Below, in pieces: positions 9,542 to 19,601 of a DNA stretch of 64,000 bases. The translations under genes were made by a program, and so were the position numbers. The number at the start of each line of letters is the position of its first letter. The stretch's first letter is position 1. This DNA comes from Nitrosopumilus sp. Its GTDB lineage: Archaea; Thermoproteota; Nitrososphaeria; Nitrososphaerales; Nitrosopumilaceae. The stretch is from positions 2,016,001 to 2,080,000 of the forward strand of contig OZ250186.1 in assembly GCA_965238275.1 (NCBI GenBank), written 5' to 3'. The notes beneath the pieces are model-generated. The model was not told where the DNA came from and ran no database searches. It saw only the letters and a program-made list of their open reading frames with translations.

Positions 9542-11193
9542 TGGTGTGATCCCAGATTCTTCTTGTACACTGCAACCTCAGACTCCTCTACCTTTGCAAA
9601 GAGGGGCGAGACGCTGCCCAGCGCGTGTCCGGGCTTTACTCCCAAGGAGGACATGCCATCCCACGTCGAATCCCCGACATTCCCGTCCAGTCCCAGCTGG
9701 TCCCATATCCTCTGGGCGCTCTCGGGAAGAAACGGCATTATGGCGATTGCCAGGCTCCGCACCGCGTTGACAGACAGAAACACGCAGTTGTTGGCGCCAT
9801 TGCCTCTCTTCCAGGGCTCCTTGTGCTGGAAGTACTGGTTGAAGAACGAGGAGAACTCCATTATTTTTTTCAGGGCCCGGTCCAGGTGGTTCTGCCTCAT
9901 GAGCATGCCCGTATCAGCGGCAAGGGATAAGATCTGTTTTTCTGCCTCGGCGTCCATCTCGTCAAAGGGCGTGGCCTCGGGGACTATTCCCCCAAAGGCC
10001 TTTTTGGTGAATCCAAGCGCCCGGTTGACGAGGTTTCCCAGGTTTCCGATAAGTTCCGAGTTGATTCGGACGGTAAAGTCGTCCCAGTCAAAGTTCAAGT
10101 CGTCCTGGGAGTACGGGTTGATGGAGACCAGGTAGAACCGCAGATAGTCAGCAGGATAGTACTTGAGAAACTCCTTTAGCCCGATGTACCAGTTCCTGCT
10201 CTTGGAGATCTTTTTTCCCTGGAGGGTCAGGTGGCCCCGGGTGGGGATGTAGTCGGGCAGCTTGTACTCGCCGTTAATCCCCAGCCTCATTGCAGGCAGG
10301 AACAGGTAGTGGTGGTATGCTATGTCCTTGCCGATAAAGTGGTAAATGTCTGCAGAGTTCCAGAATTTTTTTCCGTCAATTCCCCGGTCGTTGAGAAACT
10401 TTACCGCAGTGGAGATGTATGCCAGGTGGTTGTCAAACCACCCATAGAACACCTTGCCCCTCGCAGAATCAAGGGGGACCGGAACGCCCCACGGGATGTC
10501 CCGGGTGATGTCCCAGTCGATGAGCCCGGACTTTATCCAGTTCTGGACATATTTTTTGACGTCCTTTTGGAGGTGCTCGTTGCCATCAAGCCATTTGGAC
10601 AACGAGTCTCCAAAGTCCCGGAGCCGGAAGAAGTAATGGGTGGTCTTTCTCTTGGTGGGGGGCTGGCAGCATATGGAGCATCTGGGATCGGCTATCTCGT
10701 CGGGCACGCGCCCGCAGCTCTCGCAGAGATCAGAGTATTGGTCGTGCGCATCGCAGTACGGGCAGGTTCCCTGGACGTACCTGTCAGGCAGGAATTTTTT
10801 GTCGTGCTCACAGTAGAACTGTATTATCTCCTGCTCGTAGATGTATCCTGCATCGTTGAGCTTGCGAAACACGTCCTGGACGAATTCGATGTTCTCAGGC
10901 GAGCTGGTCCTGTAAAAGTAGTCAAAGTTTATGTTGAATGCGGCAAAGTCCTCAGAGTCGCGCCTGTTCCAGTGGGCGACATACTCTGCAGGGGTCTTTC
11001 CCTCCTTTTCGGACTGGATCAGTATCGGGGTTCCAAAGTCGTCAGAGGCGCAGATGTAGTATGCGTCGACCCCGTTGAGCTTGAGAAACCGCGTCGTGAC
11101 GTCTGCGGGAAGGTACGTGGATGCGACATGCCCCAGGTGTATCTCCCCGTTGGAGTAGGGGAGTGCGCTTGTGATGATTGCCTTTTCTGTCAA
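9538..11193 (-). CDS. metG: Methionyl-tRNA synthetase
   Basis: SALPYSNGEIHLGH, zinc knuckle cysteines, FIGKDI, KISKS. Confidence 0.97.
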   Translation of the reverse strand: MTEKAIITSALPYSNGEIHLGHVASTYLPADVTTRFLKLNGVDAYYICASDDFGTPILIQSEKEGKTPAEYVAHWNRRDSEDFAAFNINFDYFYRTSSPENIEFVQDVFRKLNDAGYIYEQEIIQFYCEHDKKFLPDRYVQGTCPYCDAHDQYSDLCESCGRVPDEIADPRCSICCQPPTKRKTTHYFFRLRDFGDSLSKWLDGNEHLQKDVKKYVQNWIKSGLIDWDITRDIPWGVPVPLDSARGKVFYGWFDNHLAYISTAVKFLNDRGIDGKKFWNSADIYHFIGKDIAYHHYLFLPAMRLGINGEYKLPDYIPTRGHLTLQGKKISKSRNWYIGLKEFLKYYPADYLRFYLVSINPYSQDDLNFDWDDFTVRINSELIGNLGNLVNRALGFTKKAFGGIVPEATPFDEMDAEAEKQILSLAADTGMLMRQNHLDRALKKIMEFSSFFNQYFQHKEPWKRGNGANNCVFLSVNAVRSLAIAIMPFLPESAQRIWDQLGLDGNVGDSTWDGMSSLGVKPGHALGSVSPLFAKVEESEVAVYKKNLGSHQ

Positions 11194-11241
11194 TATGGGG
11201 GGGGTAAGTCAGGCTAATCTTAATAGTGTACGGTTATCGGA

Positions 11242-12454
11242 GGGTGTGTCCTAGAGACATATACCCCCGGATGACAAAAGATATGGATCGGCAGATCACG
11301 GCATCGCCTAATGACTACAAAGAAACGCGATCAACGACAATACGATTTGGTTCAGCAGTACCTGTCTGGTCTCATGCTGAATACCGTGCTGGGAATAATC
11401 AAGGAGCTTGGGAATCCGTACGCCGTCAGGCCCGGCCTGGGCGGCATGACTGCATATCCGCCTGGCGCCATGGCAGCTGTCTGCATCATGCTTGAGGCAC
11501 AGCGCACGACCTACCGTAAGATGGTCGGCATTCTCCGGAATAACGGCACCATGGCAGGTAAGATGGGCCTGGACCGGATTCCCTCCAAGAGCACGATAGC
11601 GCGCGCCTACGGTCTGATCCCGGAATGGTATCTGGCAGAGGCACACCGGATTGCCATCAGGGAGGTGGAGGCAGGCTCCCTGGCAGCAGACAGCACCGGA
11701 TACTCGTACCTGCGGTTTGTCAGGTGGCTTGACGTCAGGACCGACAGTTTTCGCACCAGGAAGGGATGGGTCAAACTGCACGCAATCGTGGATATCCGCA
11801 CCAGGGTGATAATCGACTGCATGGTGACAGACAGCGCGGTGGCAGACATAAACGGGTTGTATGTGATGCTCTGCAGGCTAAGCCGGGGCACCGGCGACTT
11901 TTGCCTGGATTCTGCGTACCTGGCAAGGCTCATGTGCAACATGATATCTGCCATGGGAATGGTGCCCCGCATCAAGCCAAAGTCCAACACCGTACGCAAC
12001 GCCAAGGGAAGCCAGTCGTGGCGCGAGATGGTGAGCCTGTACATGGATGATCGGGACAAATTTGATTCGCAGTACCACCAGCGGAGCATCATCGAGGCAG
12101 TCTTTGCCGCCCTCAAGAAGATGTACGGGGATGGCACCAGATGCCGAAAACACGAGAACCGGGCAAATGAGGTTGCGATCCGCATCATGTGCTACAACGT
12201 CGAGCTCGTGGCCAGATTGCAGGCAAAAGACGGTAGGCTCACACAGGATCAAATCGCGATACTTGCAGCGTAACCGGCGCGTCTTGACACGCGCCTCCTA
12301 GCGGAGCCTCCGCACAGCGTCTTGGATTTGGGGGATTTTATGGGTTGTGGGGGATCGACGGTGCTGCACTGTTGATGCCGACGGGTTCTGGCACCAATCG
12401 TGTCTTTGACATCTTGGCACATGGGATGGCATTTTTTATTACTAGGACACACCC
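11242..12454 (+). mobile_element. IS5-family insertion sequence, complete
   Basis: 13-bp perfect TIR gggtgtgtcctag (11242-11254 / 12442-12454); 9-bp target duplication gttatcgga (11233-11241, 12455-12463). Confidence 0.95.
11311..12273 (+). CDS. IS5-family DDE transposase
   Basis: AADSTG, WVKLHAIVD, LDSAY, YHQRSIIEAVFAALK. Confidence 0.92.
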   Translation: MTTKKRDQRQYDLVQQYLSGLMLNTVLGIIKELGNPYAVRPGLGGMTAYPPGAMAAVCIMLEAQRTTYRKMVGILRNNGTMAGKMGLDRIPSKSTIARAYGLIPEWYLAEAHRIAIREVEAGSLAADSTGYSYLRFVRWLDVRTDSFRTRKGWVKLHAIVDIRTRVIIDCMVTDSAVADINGLYVMLCRLSRGTGDFCLDSAYLARLMCNMISAMGMVPRIKPKSNTVRNAKGSQSWREMVSLYMDDRDKFDSQYHQRSIIEAVFAALKKMYGDGTRCRKHENRANEVAIRIMCYNVELVARLQAKDGRLTQDQIAILAA

Positions 12455-12505
12455 GTTATCGGACATGTGCCTTCCCAGGATACTCCCAACGTTGAGCAGG
12501 GCTGG

Positions 12506-13198
12506 TCATTGGAATAGTGGGGGCATCGTGGTGCTTGGAGGGATGTTTTCCAAGACGTTCTCCAATTCATCCAGCTCCATCGCCCCGTATTCCATCATCT
12601 TCCCTAGCCACTTCAGTGAATCGTTTTCCATGGCATCCCTGCAAATGAACAGGGGCCTGCCCAGTCTCAGCGTCTCCCAGCAGTGGTGCATGGAGCCGCT
12701 TGATTCCCCCGCTTCCACCACTATCGTTCCATCAGAGATTAATGCCATTGTCCTGTTCCGCAGCACAAAGTCTCTTGGCCTAGTGGCGTGATCAACCGGA
12801 TACTGTGAAACTGCCAGGTGATCTTTCATGATTGTCTCTTGTAGCCCAGAGTTCTCCTTGGGGTACGCCCGGTTCAGAGGAGTCCCAAGGACTGCAATCG
12901 TACTGCCCCCATATGCCATGGCAGCGGTGTGGGCCGCTGTGTCAATTCCTCTTGCAAGTCCGCTCACGATGGCTATCTTGTTTTTAGTGAGAAACCGGAC
13001 AATGTTCTTGGTTTCCAGAAGTCCCGTCTCCGATGCCCTCCTAGAACCTATAACAGAGATCCGGGAAGATGATAGGGGAATCTCCATTGGTCCAACGCAA
13101 TACAATATTTTTGGGGCAAATTTTGTTTCAATATCGTTTAGCGGGTGTCCCAGTAGTGTTTCTACCTGAATGGACGTGTGTGCAGACTTTATACCCAT
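12506..13198 (-). CDS. dprA: DprA/SMF-family (SLOG fold) protein, core domain only
   Basis: IGSRRAS, IVSGLARGID, RNRTMALISDGTIVVEA..SGS. Confidence 0.88.
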   Translation of the reverse strand: MGIKSAHTSIQVETLLGHPLNDIETKFAPKILYCVGPMEIPLSSSRISVIGSRRASETGLLETKNIVRFLTKNKIAIVSGLARGIDTAAHTAAMAYGGSTIAVLGTPLNRAYPKENSGLQETIMKDHLAVSQYPVDHATRPRDFVLRNRTMALISDGTIVVEAGESSGSMHHCWETLRLGRPLFICRDAMENDSLKWLGKMMEYGAMELDELENVLENIPPSTTMPPLFQ

Positions 13199-13270
13199 GT
13201 CAATCCCACGTGACTGCACTGCTTCATTTATGTCTCATATTGGATTCCATGTTATATCCATGTTGTGTAA

Positions 13271-13550
13271 TTTTGTAATTAGTTCTACCCAATTGTTGTT
13301 CCCATCTTGGTAACTCTTACAGATACTCACGACTACCTCACCCACACTACTGTATTTTCGCTGGATTGTGCCTCTGCACGATGCATTTTGTCGGTTTGGT
13401 CATCCATTCATTTTGTAATTAGTTCTACCCAATTGTTGTTCCCATCTTGGTAACTCTTACAGATACTCACGACTACCTCACCCACACTACTGTATTTTCG
13501 CTGGATTGTGCCTCTGCACGATGCATTTTGTCGGTTTGGTCATCCATTCA
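13271..13550. repeat. Perfect 140-bp tandem duplication
   Basis: 13271-13410 identical to 13411-13550. Confidence 0.95.
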
Positions 13551-13565
13551 GATTACACTGCATCA

Positions 13566-14489
13566 TCATGGAGTACCGATGCGGGCGTACGAGCCATCAG
13601 ACACCATTATGTCAGGGAATAGTCCTGGCCGGATTATCCTAGTTAGTATCTCCAGGCCGTCAACTGTTCTTGGGCCGGACTTGCTGAAGAACGAATCCGC
13701 ATCAACTGCAAACACGTTGTTGCCCCTTACCGCCCTGAGCGTGCGCCACGTCCGGTCATCCCTCAGAGATTCATACTCTGAAACGGTCCTGCCTGTATCA
13801 AAGCCGCACGGCATCAAAATTATGATGTCGGGGTCCGCCCTGGCCGCCTCTGCGACATCCATCTGTCTGGAGTATTCGCCGGCCCTGCTTACCATGTTCT
13901 GCCCGCCTGCAATCTCGACCATCTCGGGAACCCAGTGGCCCGCGGTAAAGAGGGGCTCAATCCATTCTATCGCAAGGACCCTTGGCCGCTCAGGGTTTGG
14001 CACGCCGCCGGCAATCCTGTCAATCCTGGCCTGGAGGGCGCGCGTGACCTCTGACGCCCTTGCAGGCACCCCCAGAATTTCTCCCAGTTCGGTCACCGAA
14101 TCAAGTATGTCCGAAAGGCTGTGGGGATCCATGGAATAAACGGTAGGCCTCCTTGCAAGGATTCGGAGTGCGTCATCCAGGTGGCCGGTGTGTGCCGCAC
14201 ACGCCTCGCATGTCTCCTGGGATATGATAACATCAGGCCGTGCTTCCCTGAGCACCTCCTCGTCGATCCGAAAGATCTCCTGGCGCTGGTTTATCAGGTT
14301 GTACGTTGCAGCATTAATCTGGCTGCTGGTCATACCATCAGGGTTGATTGCAGAACTTATCACCCTGGGTTTTGCAGCAGCCTCCGGGGGATACCTGCAT
14401 TCGTGGGTAACCCCGAATATTTGATCCCCGAGGCCAAGCTCGTACAGGATCTCGGTGGCGCCGGGCACCAGCGAGACTACTCTTTGCAT
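13566..14489 (-). CDS. Cobalamin/Fe-siderophore ABC substrate-binding protein (BtuF-like)
   Basis: RVVSLVPGATEIL..GVTHEC, AGHWVPEMV, FFSKSGPR; start MQRVV at 14489. Confidence 0.85.
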   Translation of the reverse strand: MQRVVSLVPGATEILYELGLGDQIFGVTHECRYPPEAAAKPRVISSAINPDGMTSSQINAATYNLINQRQEIFRIDEEVLREARPDVIISQETCEACAAHTGHLDDALRILARRPTVYSMDPHSLSDILDSVTELGEILGVPARASEVTRALQARIDRIAGGVPNPERPRVLAIEWIEPLFTAGHWVPEMVEIAGGQNMVSRAGEYSRQMDVAEAARADPDIIILMPCGFDTGRTVSEYESLRDDRTWRTLRAVRGNNVFAVDADSFFSKSGPRTVDGLEILTRIIRPGLFPDIMVSDGSYARIGTP

Positions 14490-14578
14490 GCCTTTGCTGG
14501 CTGCAGTCTCCCTCTTAAAAATATCATCTCCCGAAATGATTCGGCAGATTAATACGCATAATCCAGGCATGTACTGCG

Positions 14579-15739
14579 ATGCGTTCGGACTCCCAGAGAA
14601 TACGCCGTGCAATCCTGGAAGAATGGCACAGGAACATGTCCAAAAACAGGGATCTCTTCTCGTCAGACTCTGTCAGCGGAGCAAGCCCGCCGTCAGTCTT
14701 TGTGGGATCATACAACTATCCCAAGGTCTTTGTGGGTCCGATGGTGCCGCCGGCCCACGGGGATACAAGCCTGCTGGACAGCCCGGAACGGTGGAAGGGA
14801 AAGACCCTGGAAGAAATAGTCAACTTTAGGCTGAGCCTGGTTCGCGGAATAAAGCCTGTCCCGGTGCAGCAGACCGAGGGGCGTTACGTTGAGAGCCTTC
14901 AGGAGGTTGCAATGGCATCGCGGCCCACCGACTCTGACCTGTCATTTAGCAGGCCGGTATCCTCATCTGGAATCTCAATCGACGGGGAGAGCGCCCCGTT
15001 TGGCCCCGCAGGCAGGATAGAATCTGCAAGGTTTTCAGGGGTGTCCCCCGTCAGGCAGATTGAGAAGGCATTCTATGACGGCGACCTCAAGGCACAGGAT
15101 GCAGTCATGAACCTGTACGGTTCGGGAGTCGAGATATCCAGGATTCAAAGGTGCCTCAGCATCGGGATGCTCGGCATGAAGCGGAGGCTTGTTCCCACCA
15201 AGTGGAGCATCACTGCGACTGACGATATGATCTCGTCTGCGCTTGTCGAGGACGTCCTGGAGTACCCCCTGATTGACTCGTGCAGGGTGTTTTCCTTTGA
15301 GCACCTGGGAAACGTCTTTGCAGTCATACTGTTCCCGCGCAGGTGGCTCTACGAGATGATCGAGGCATGGCACTCTGACGGGACCGTCGGGTTCGGCTCC
15401 GACTCCGAGGATGCGCGCGGGATAGGCCATCCGCCTGCCATAGACGGCGCCTATTTTGCGGCAAAACTGGGGGTTGCAGAGTACCTGCACCGGAACGGGA
15501 TCCAGGCAGGCGCCGTGATCCTAAGGGAGATCAGGCCAGAGTACGCAATACCTGTGGGCGTATGGCAGGTCAGGGAGGGAGTCCGCCAGGCCATGAGGCA
15601 GGAACCGGCAATTGCAGGTAGCCTTGGCCACGGGCTGCTTTTGGCATCTGAAAGGACCAGCATCAGCAAGACAGAATGGCTCCGGCACGGCAGCATCTCG
15701 GGACTGGTCAGGCAGAAGGTCCTGTCAGACTTTTTCTAG
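14579..15739 (+). CDS. Archaeal Nre DNA repair protein
   Basis: SPPSVFVGSYNYPKV, LVPTKWSITATD, PVGVWQVRE; C-terminal PIP box QKVLSDFF. Confidence 0.88.
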   Translation: MRSDSQRIRRAILEEWHRNMSKNRDLFSSDSVSGASPPSVFVGSYNYPKVFVGPMVPPAHGDTSLLDSPERWKGKTLEEIVNFRLSLVRGIKPVPVQQTEGRYVESLQEVAMASRPTDSDLSFSRPVSSSGISIDGESAPFGPAGRIESARFSGVSPVRQIEKAFYDGDLKAQDAVMNLYGSGVEISRIQRCLSIGMLGMKRRLVPTKWSITATDDMISSALVEDVLEYPLIDSCRVFSFEHLGNVFAVILFPRRWLYEMIEAWHSDGTVGFGSDSEDARGIGHPPAIDGAYFAAKLGVAEYLHRNGIQAGAVILREIRPEYAIPVGVWQVREGVRQAMRQEPAIAGSLGHGLLLASERTSISKTEWLRHGSISGLVRQKVLSDFF

Positions 15740-15824
15740 GATGTGCCGGGGAGGTATTACAGGGTAATGTTTTGGTAGGCATTTTTGGGTATTGTCAGCG
15801 CGATCCCGTGAAAAATGCATGTTA

Positions 15825-16046
15825 TCAACGAGGTTTTTGCCGGCTTTTTATGCTCTCCATGTCTCTTAGGGCATGGCCGACCAGCCACTTCACGTCGTCT
15901 GCCGTGACATCCATTACGTCTTTAGCCAGATACAAAGAACCCGAGTGATTCTTCACAAACGTTGCGGCGCAATCTTCGTTGTTGTCGATCCCACACATGG
16001 TTTTGAATCTGGTCCAGCCCGCACAGTCCAGAATTCCACAACACAA
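15825..16046 (-). CDS. Small hypothetical protein
   Basis: ORF only. Confidence 0.25.
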   Translation of the reverse strand: MCCGILDCAGWTRFKTMCGIDNNEDCAATFVKNHSGSLYLAKDVMDVTADDVKWLVGHALRDMESIKSRQKPR

Positions 16047-16182
16047 ACGCGCATGCAGTTACAACCACCAGTGCCGACCTAAAAATAAATCCCCGTGTTG
16101 CTATAACTAATTTTATATGCCGAGTTGGTAGTAATTGTGAGGGATAGGGTGATGCCGCATGGGAGTTAAAGAAAGGGTACTA

Positions 16183-17427
16183 TACCAGCAAACAAAATTT
16201 CAGGGGATTGTAAAATATTTTTTCCACGTGCAGGGTTATGCTCATTCCAAATGGTATAATCAATGAAGATCAAGACGATGCTGAAAAGATACGCCGCTGA
16301 GAATGACTGCAATGTCAAGGACCGCATGATGCTGATCATTAGAATCCAACGTGACGGAATAACCATAAGGGATTCTGCAAAATCTCTGGGAAAGTCAGCC
16401 TCGTGGGGCTACAAGTGGCATGAGCGCTACCTGGAAGTGGGATTTGACAGGCTGGCTGACATGCCACGCTCCGGCAGGCCCACTATGGTGAGCAAGGCAG
16501 ACTTGAAGAGGATCCGAAAGAACGCATGCAGGAAGACGGTATGGACGGGTAGGGAGATGCAGGAATACATCCAACAGCAAACCGGAGTAAAATACAATCT
16601 CATACACGTACGCTACATACTGCGGAGCTGGGGTTATTCCCAGAAGGTTCCGGTGGGAAGACACGCAAACAGGGCCCCTGACGATGAGATCAGGGAATTC
16701 CAAAAGGCGATGCCGGACATTATAAAAAAAAGAACAGTGAAGGGGCAGTCGTAGCGATACAGGACGAGTCCATAGTAATCTCCGATGCGCGGCCGCGAAA
16801 ACGCGGCTACACCAGGAAGGGAATACGGGCGTTTTACACGTACACGGGCTCACACTCCAAGACGATACTCTACGGCCTGATCACCACGGACGGCAGGGGG
16901 ATGTTCAGACAGTACGACAAGTTCAACCAGCATGCCTTTGCAGATTTTTTGATGCAGGCAGTATACAAGTTCAAAAAGATCTGCCTGATCATGGACAAGG
17001 CCTCCCAGCACAGGGCAACAAAGATACGCGAACTGGTTGAGAGAACAGACGGCCTGGAGATAATCTTTCTGCCGACTGCAACCCCTGACCTGAGCGCCAT
17101 AGAGACGTACTGGCGGGATCTCAAGCGGGCAGTCCTTGACGTGTCATACACCAGCCTGCGTATGCTCCGCGAGGCGATCACCAGGTACACGAGGTACAAA
17201 AAACCAAATCTGGTCGTTGAAAATTTCCTGTACCGGGTTATCTGAGACGGCATCAAACCACGATGGATACGCACGCAGGCAGCGTGTGCCATGCACGATG
17301 CTCCAAACCCAGCGGTCTCAGGACTCATGCCCGTTCCTGGACGGGCACACGGACGTTTTAATTTCCAGAGGGAGTTATTGGCTCAAAATATCGGGGGAGT
17401 TTTGGTATGAATTTTTCATTGTTGGTA
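16183..17427 (+). mobile_element. IS630-family insertion sequence, complete
   Basis: Imperfect TIRs taccagcaaacaaaatttca / taccaacaatgaaaaattca; TA duplicated (16181-16182, 17428-17429) in a CTAG target. Confidence 0.9.
16263..17245 (+). CDS. IS630 transposase in two ORFs joined by -1 frameshift
   Basis: HTH ORF 16263-16754 (RSGRP); A8G slippery run at 16724-16732; -1 frame gives QDES..MDKASQH..PDLSAIETYW. Confidence 0.88.
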
Positions 17428-17993
17428 TAGATAACTGTGACGAGCTGCAAAAATTCATCATTCTGTCCGTCCATGTCAACGGCGAACCAATCAGGGGCAG
17501 AACAAAGATTCAGAAGATATTGTTCCTGTTGTCGGATGTAATCCAAGATATCAAGGATCAAAGCAGCTACGAGGCAGACAATTACGGCCCATACAGTGAA
17601 GTGGTTAACTCGGAACTCGAGTACCTAGAACAGATAGGTGTGCTGCTTTGTGGCAATGCAGAGATTTCAACAACCAATGTTGGTAGTGAAATAGCAGAAG
17701 AACTTGCAAAAACCGAGGACAAGGACACCATGGTTCTGCTGTCTGATTACAAGGCATTCCTCAACGATCTACCCACCAACGAAGTACTCGCATACGTCTA
17801 TTCCGCATATCCGGACATGACAATAGAGTCGGCGGTAGTTGATAAGATAAAGCCCAACATGGAGCGATATATGTTGTCTCTGGTAAAAAGACAAAAGATC
17901 AGTTCCCAACGCGCCGCTGAACTGCTGGTCAAGCCCCACAACCATGTAATTGAGCGGATGAATGAGGCTGGCATGACGGTACTGGAATAGACA

Positions 17994-18206
17994 ATGAAGA
18001 CACTGGACTCCTCTACTGTAATTGCCAAGCCAGATCTGAAGATCCAGAACACCTTCAATGTAGAACAGCTGGCACTGGAAAGCATGAATCTGAAAAATGC
18101 CATCACAGGTTCTGAGCCAATCCTAAATTATCTGAGAGGAAAATCTAGCCTCAGAGAAGACGATGTTAAGATTTTAAAAAACGCCAAAATGAAGCAGAGA
18201 AGGTAA
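17994..18206 (+). pseudogene. Possible internally deleted PIN (DUF3368-like) toxin
   Basis: N-terminal LDSSTVIA PIN-like start and ITGSEPIL segment; only 70 aa; starts 3 nt after the antitoxin stop. Confidence 0.4.
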
Positions 18207-18366
18207 ACATACTATAGATGTCCCATAGTGCCACTCACAATTAATTCCCGATATTGAGCCGTCTATTCATGCATGCAAACAAATCAAGATTGAATCTTAC
18301 AGTCCTGATACTGCAAGACACTTTTTCATAACGTCAAGCGTGGGCATTCCAGGACACGGACCGGTT

Positions 18367-18645
18367 CTATTCGGCAGCAATCCTGTTTTTGTCATGCCGC
18401 CTCTTCTTGAGCAGGCTGTACATGATCATTCCGACATTAATGATGGAGACGATCTCAATCAGGTCCACCCCGTAGAGTAGCCAGTCCAAGACCGGATGTA
18501 CCCTTGAGATAATTCCTGCCTCCAGCATCAGGTCCGCGTTCCATACCATGTGCGGAATCTGAATAAACTGTATCAGGGCAATGATGATTATGCTTCCCAG
18601 AATCTTGTTCTCGTACCATTTCCAGAATTTGTTCCATGCGTTCAT
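18367..18645 (-). CDS. Small membrane protein
   Basis: Two hydrophobic segments, ATG start. Confidence 0.7.
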   Translation of the reverse strand: MNAWNKFWKWYENKILGSIIIIALIQFIQIPHMVWNADLMLEAGIISRVHPVLDWLLYGVDLIEIVSIINVGMIMYSLLKKRRHDKNRIAAE

Positions 18646-18717
18646 GCATCACTTTGGCTCCTGATTCTATTAAACGGTGTGAAAATTAGATTGTCCTAAC
18701 TTTACATGTGTTGGTTC

Positions 18718-19518
18718 TCAGCCGGTCCCGAGCGCCAGCGCGCCTTCCCTCTTGTGCCTGCTGTTCCGGTTCATCTCCCGGATTTTCTTGATTGCAGATT
18801 CGGGGATTCCAGTTATCGTATGTGTGTCGCCTGCTGACATTTTCTTCTCAAGCATGCAGTACAGGACCGAGTCGACCTCCTCGTATGTGACTCCCAGCTC
18901 GTCTTCTGCCTCGTGCCTCTTCCACAAATGAGGGCTGCTCTTCTTTTCGATGATGTCCGAGGGTACTCCGAGGTGTCTTGCAATCTGGCGTATCTGGAGC
19001 TTGTACAGGGAGATGATCGGCGTGATGTCTGAGGCGCCGTCGCCATGCTTTGTAAAGTATCCAATCTGGTACTCGCTTTTGTCGCTGGAGCCAAGCACAA
19101 GATAGTTCTTGGCGTTTGCATAGTAGTACAGTATGTTTGCCCGGATCCGTGCACGCAGGTTTCCCTGGGCTGCGGCATTGGGTTCAAGGTACATCGAGTA
19201 CTCGTGAACGATGGGCCGGATGTCGACGAGCTTGTACGGGATTCCAAGCAGCGAGATTATCCTCATGGCATCGCTGGTCTCGGATTCCGGGGTTACTGCA
19301 GTATCAGGCATGACGACTGCGATGGTGTTATCCCTGAGGCTGCTGCTGTTCCTGCCGCACAGGTATGCCAGGACCGCAGAGTCCACCCCCCCGCTGAGCC
19401 CGAATATCACCCCCTTTGCACGGTTCTGCTCAACCTGCTCGGAGAGGAGGCTCCCTATTGTCCGGGTAATCCCAGAATAGTCCTGATCCTTGATCTCCTT
19501 TAGTATGTCCGGATTCAA
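18718..19518 (-). CDS. nadE: NH3-dependent NAD+ synthetase
   Basis: GLSGGVDS, GNLRARIR, GYFTKHGDG; TTG start near 19518. Confidence 0.95.
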   Translation of the reverse strand: MNPDILKEIKDQDYSGITRTIGSLLSEQVEQNRAKGVIFGLSGGVDSAVLAYLCGRNSSSLRDNTIAVVMPDTAVTPESETSDAMRIISLLGIPYKLVDIRPIVHEYSMYLEPNAAAQGNLRARIRANILYYYANAKNYLVLGSSDKSEYQIGYFTKHGDGASDITPIISLYKLQIRQIARHLGVPSDIIEKKSSPHLWKRHEAEDELGVTYEEVDSVLYCMLEKKMSAGDTHTITGIPESAIKKIREMNRNSRHKREGALALGTG

Positions 19519-19601
19519 CAAGTATGCTAGACGGCCTGTAAGAATAAATCTTGTGCAGTCACCGCGGGCATGCCAGCTGCTGCCTTGTCCAGGACGACGC
19601 C

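Larger units (their letters stand above)
16159..17990 (+). pseudogene. SocA/YwgA-like + UPF0175-like putative antitoxin interrupted by IS630
   Basis: Removing the IS and one TA joins ATG 16159 (MGVKERVL) in frame to 17430 (DNCDELQK); GRTKIQKILFLL..YGPYS and KISSQRAAELL motifs. Confidence 0.8.

Noticed and set aside
10231-11217. Long antisense ORFs opposite metG and other core genes
   Set aside because: Shadow frames expected from GC-rich third codon positions; no recognisable motifs
13271-13550. Possible CRISPR array
   Set aside because: Two long identical units with no spacers; no cas genes or repeat-spacer pattern seen anywhere in the window
17136-17429. N-terminal 98 codons of the ORF-track 284-aa protein
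   Set aside because: Derived from IS630 sequence; the true start is at 16159
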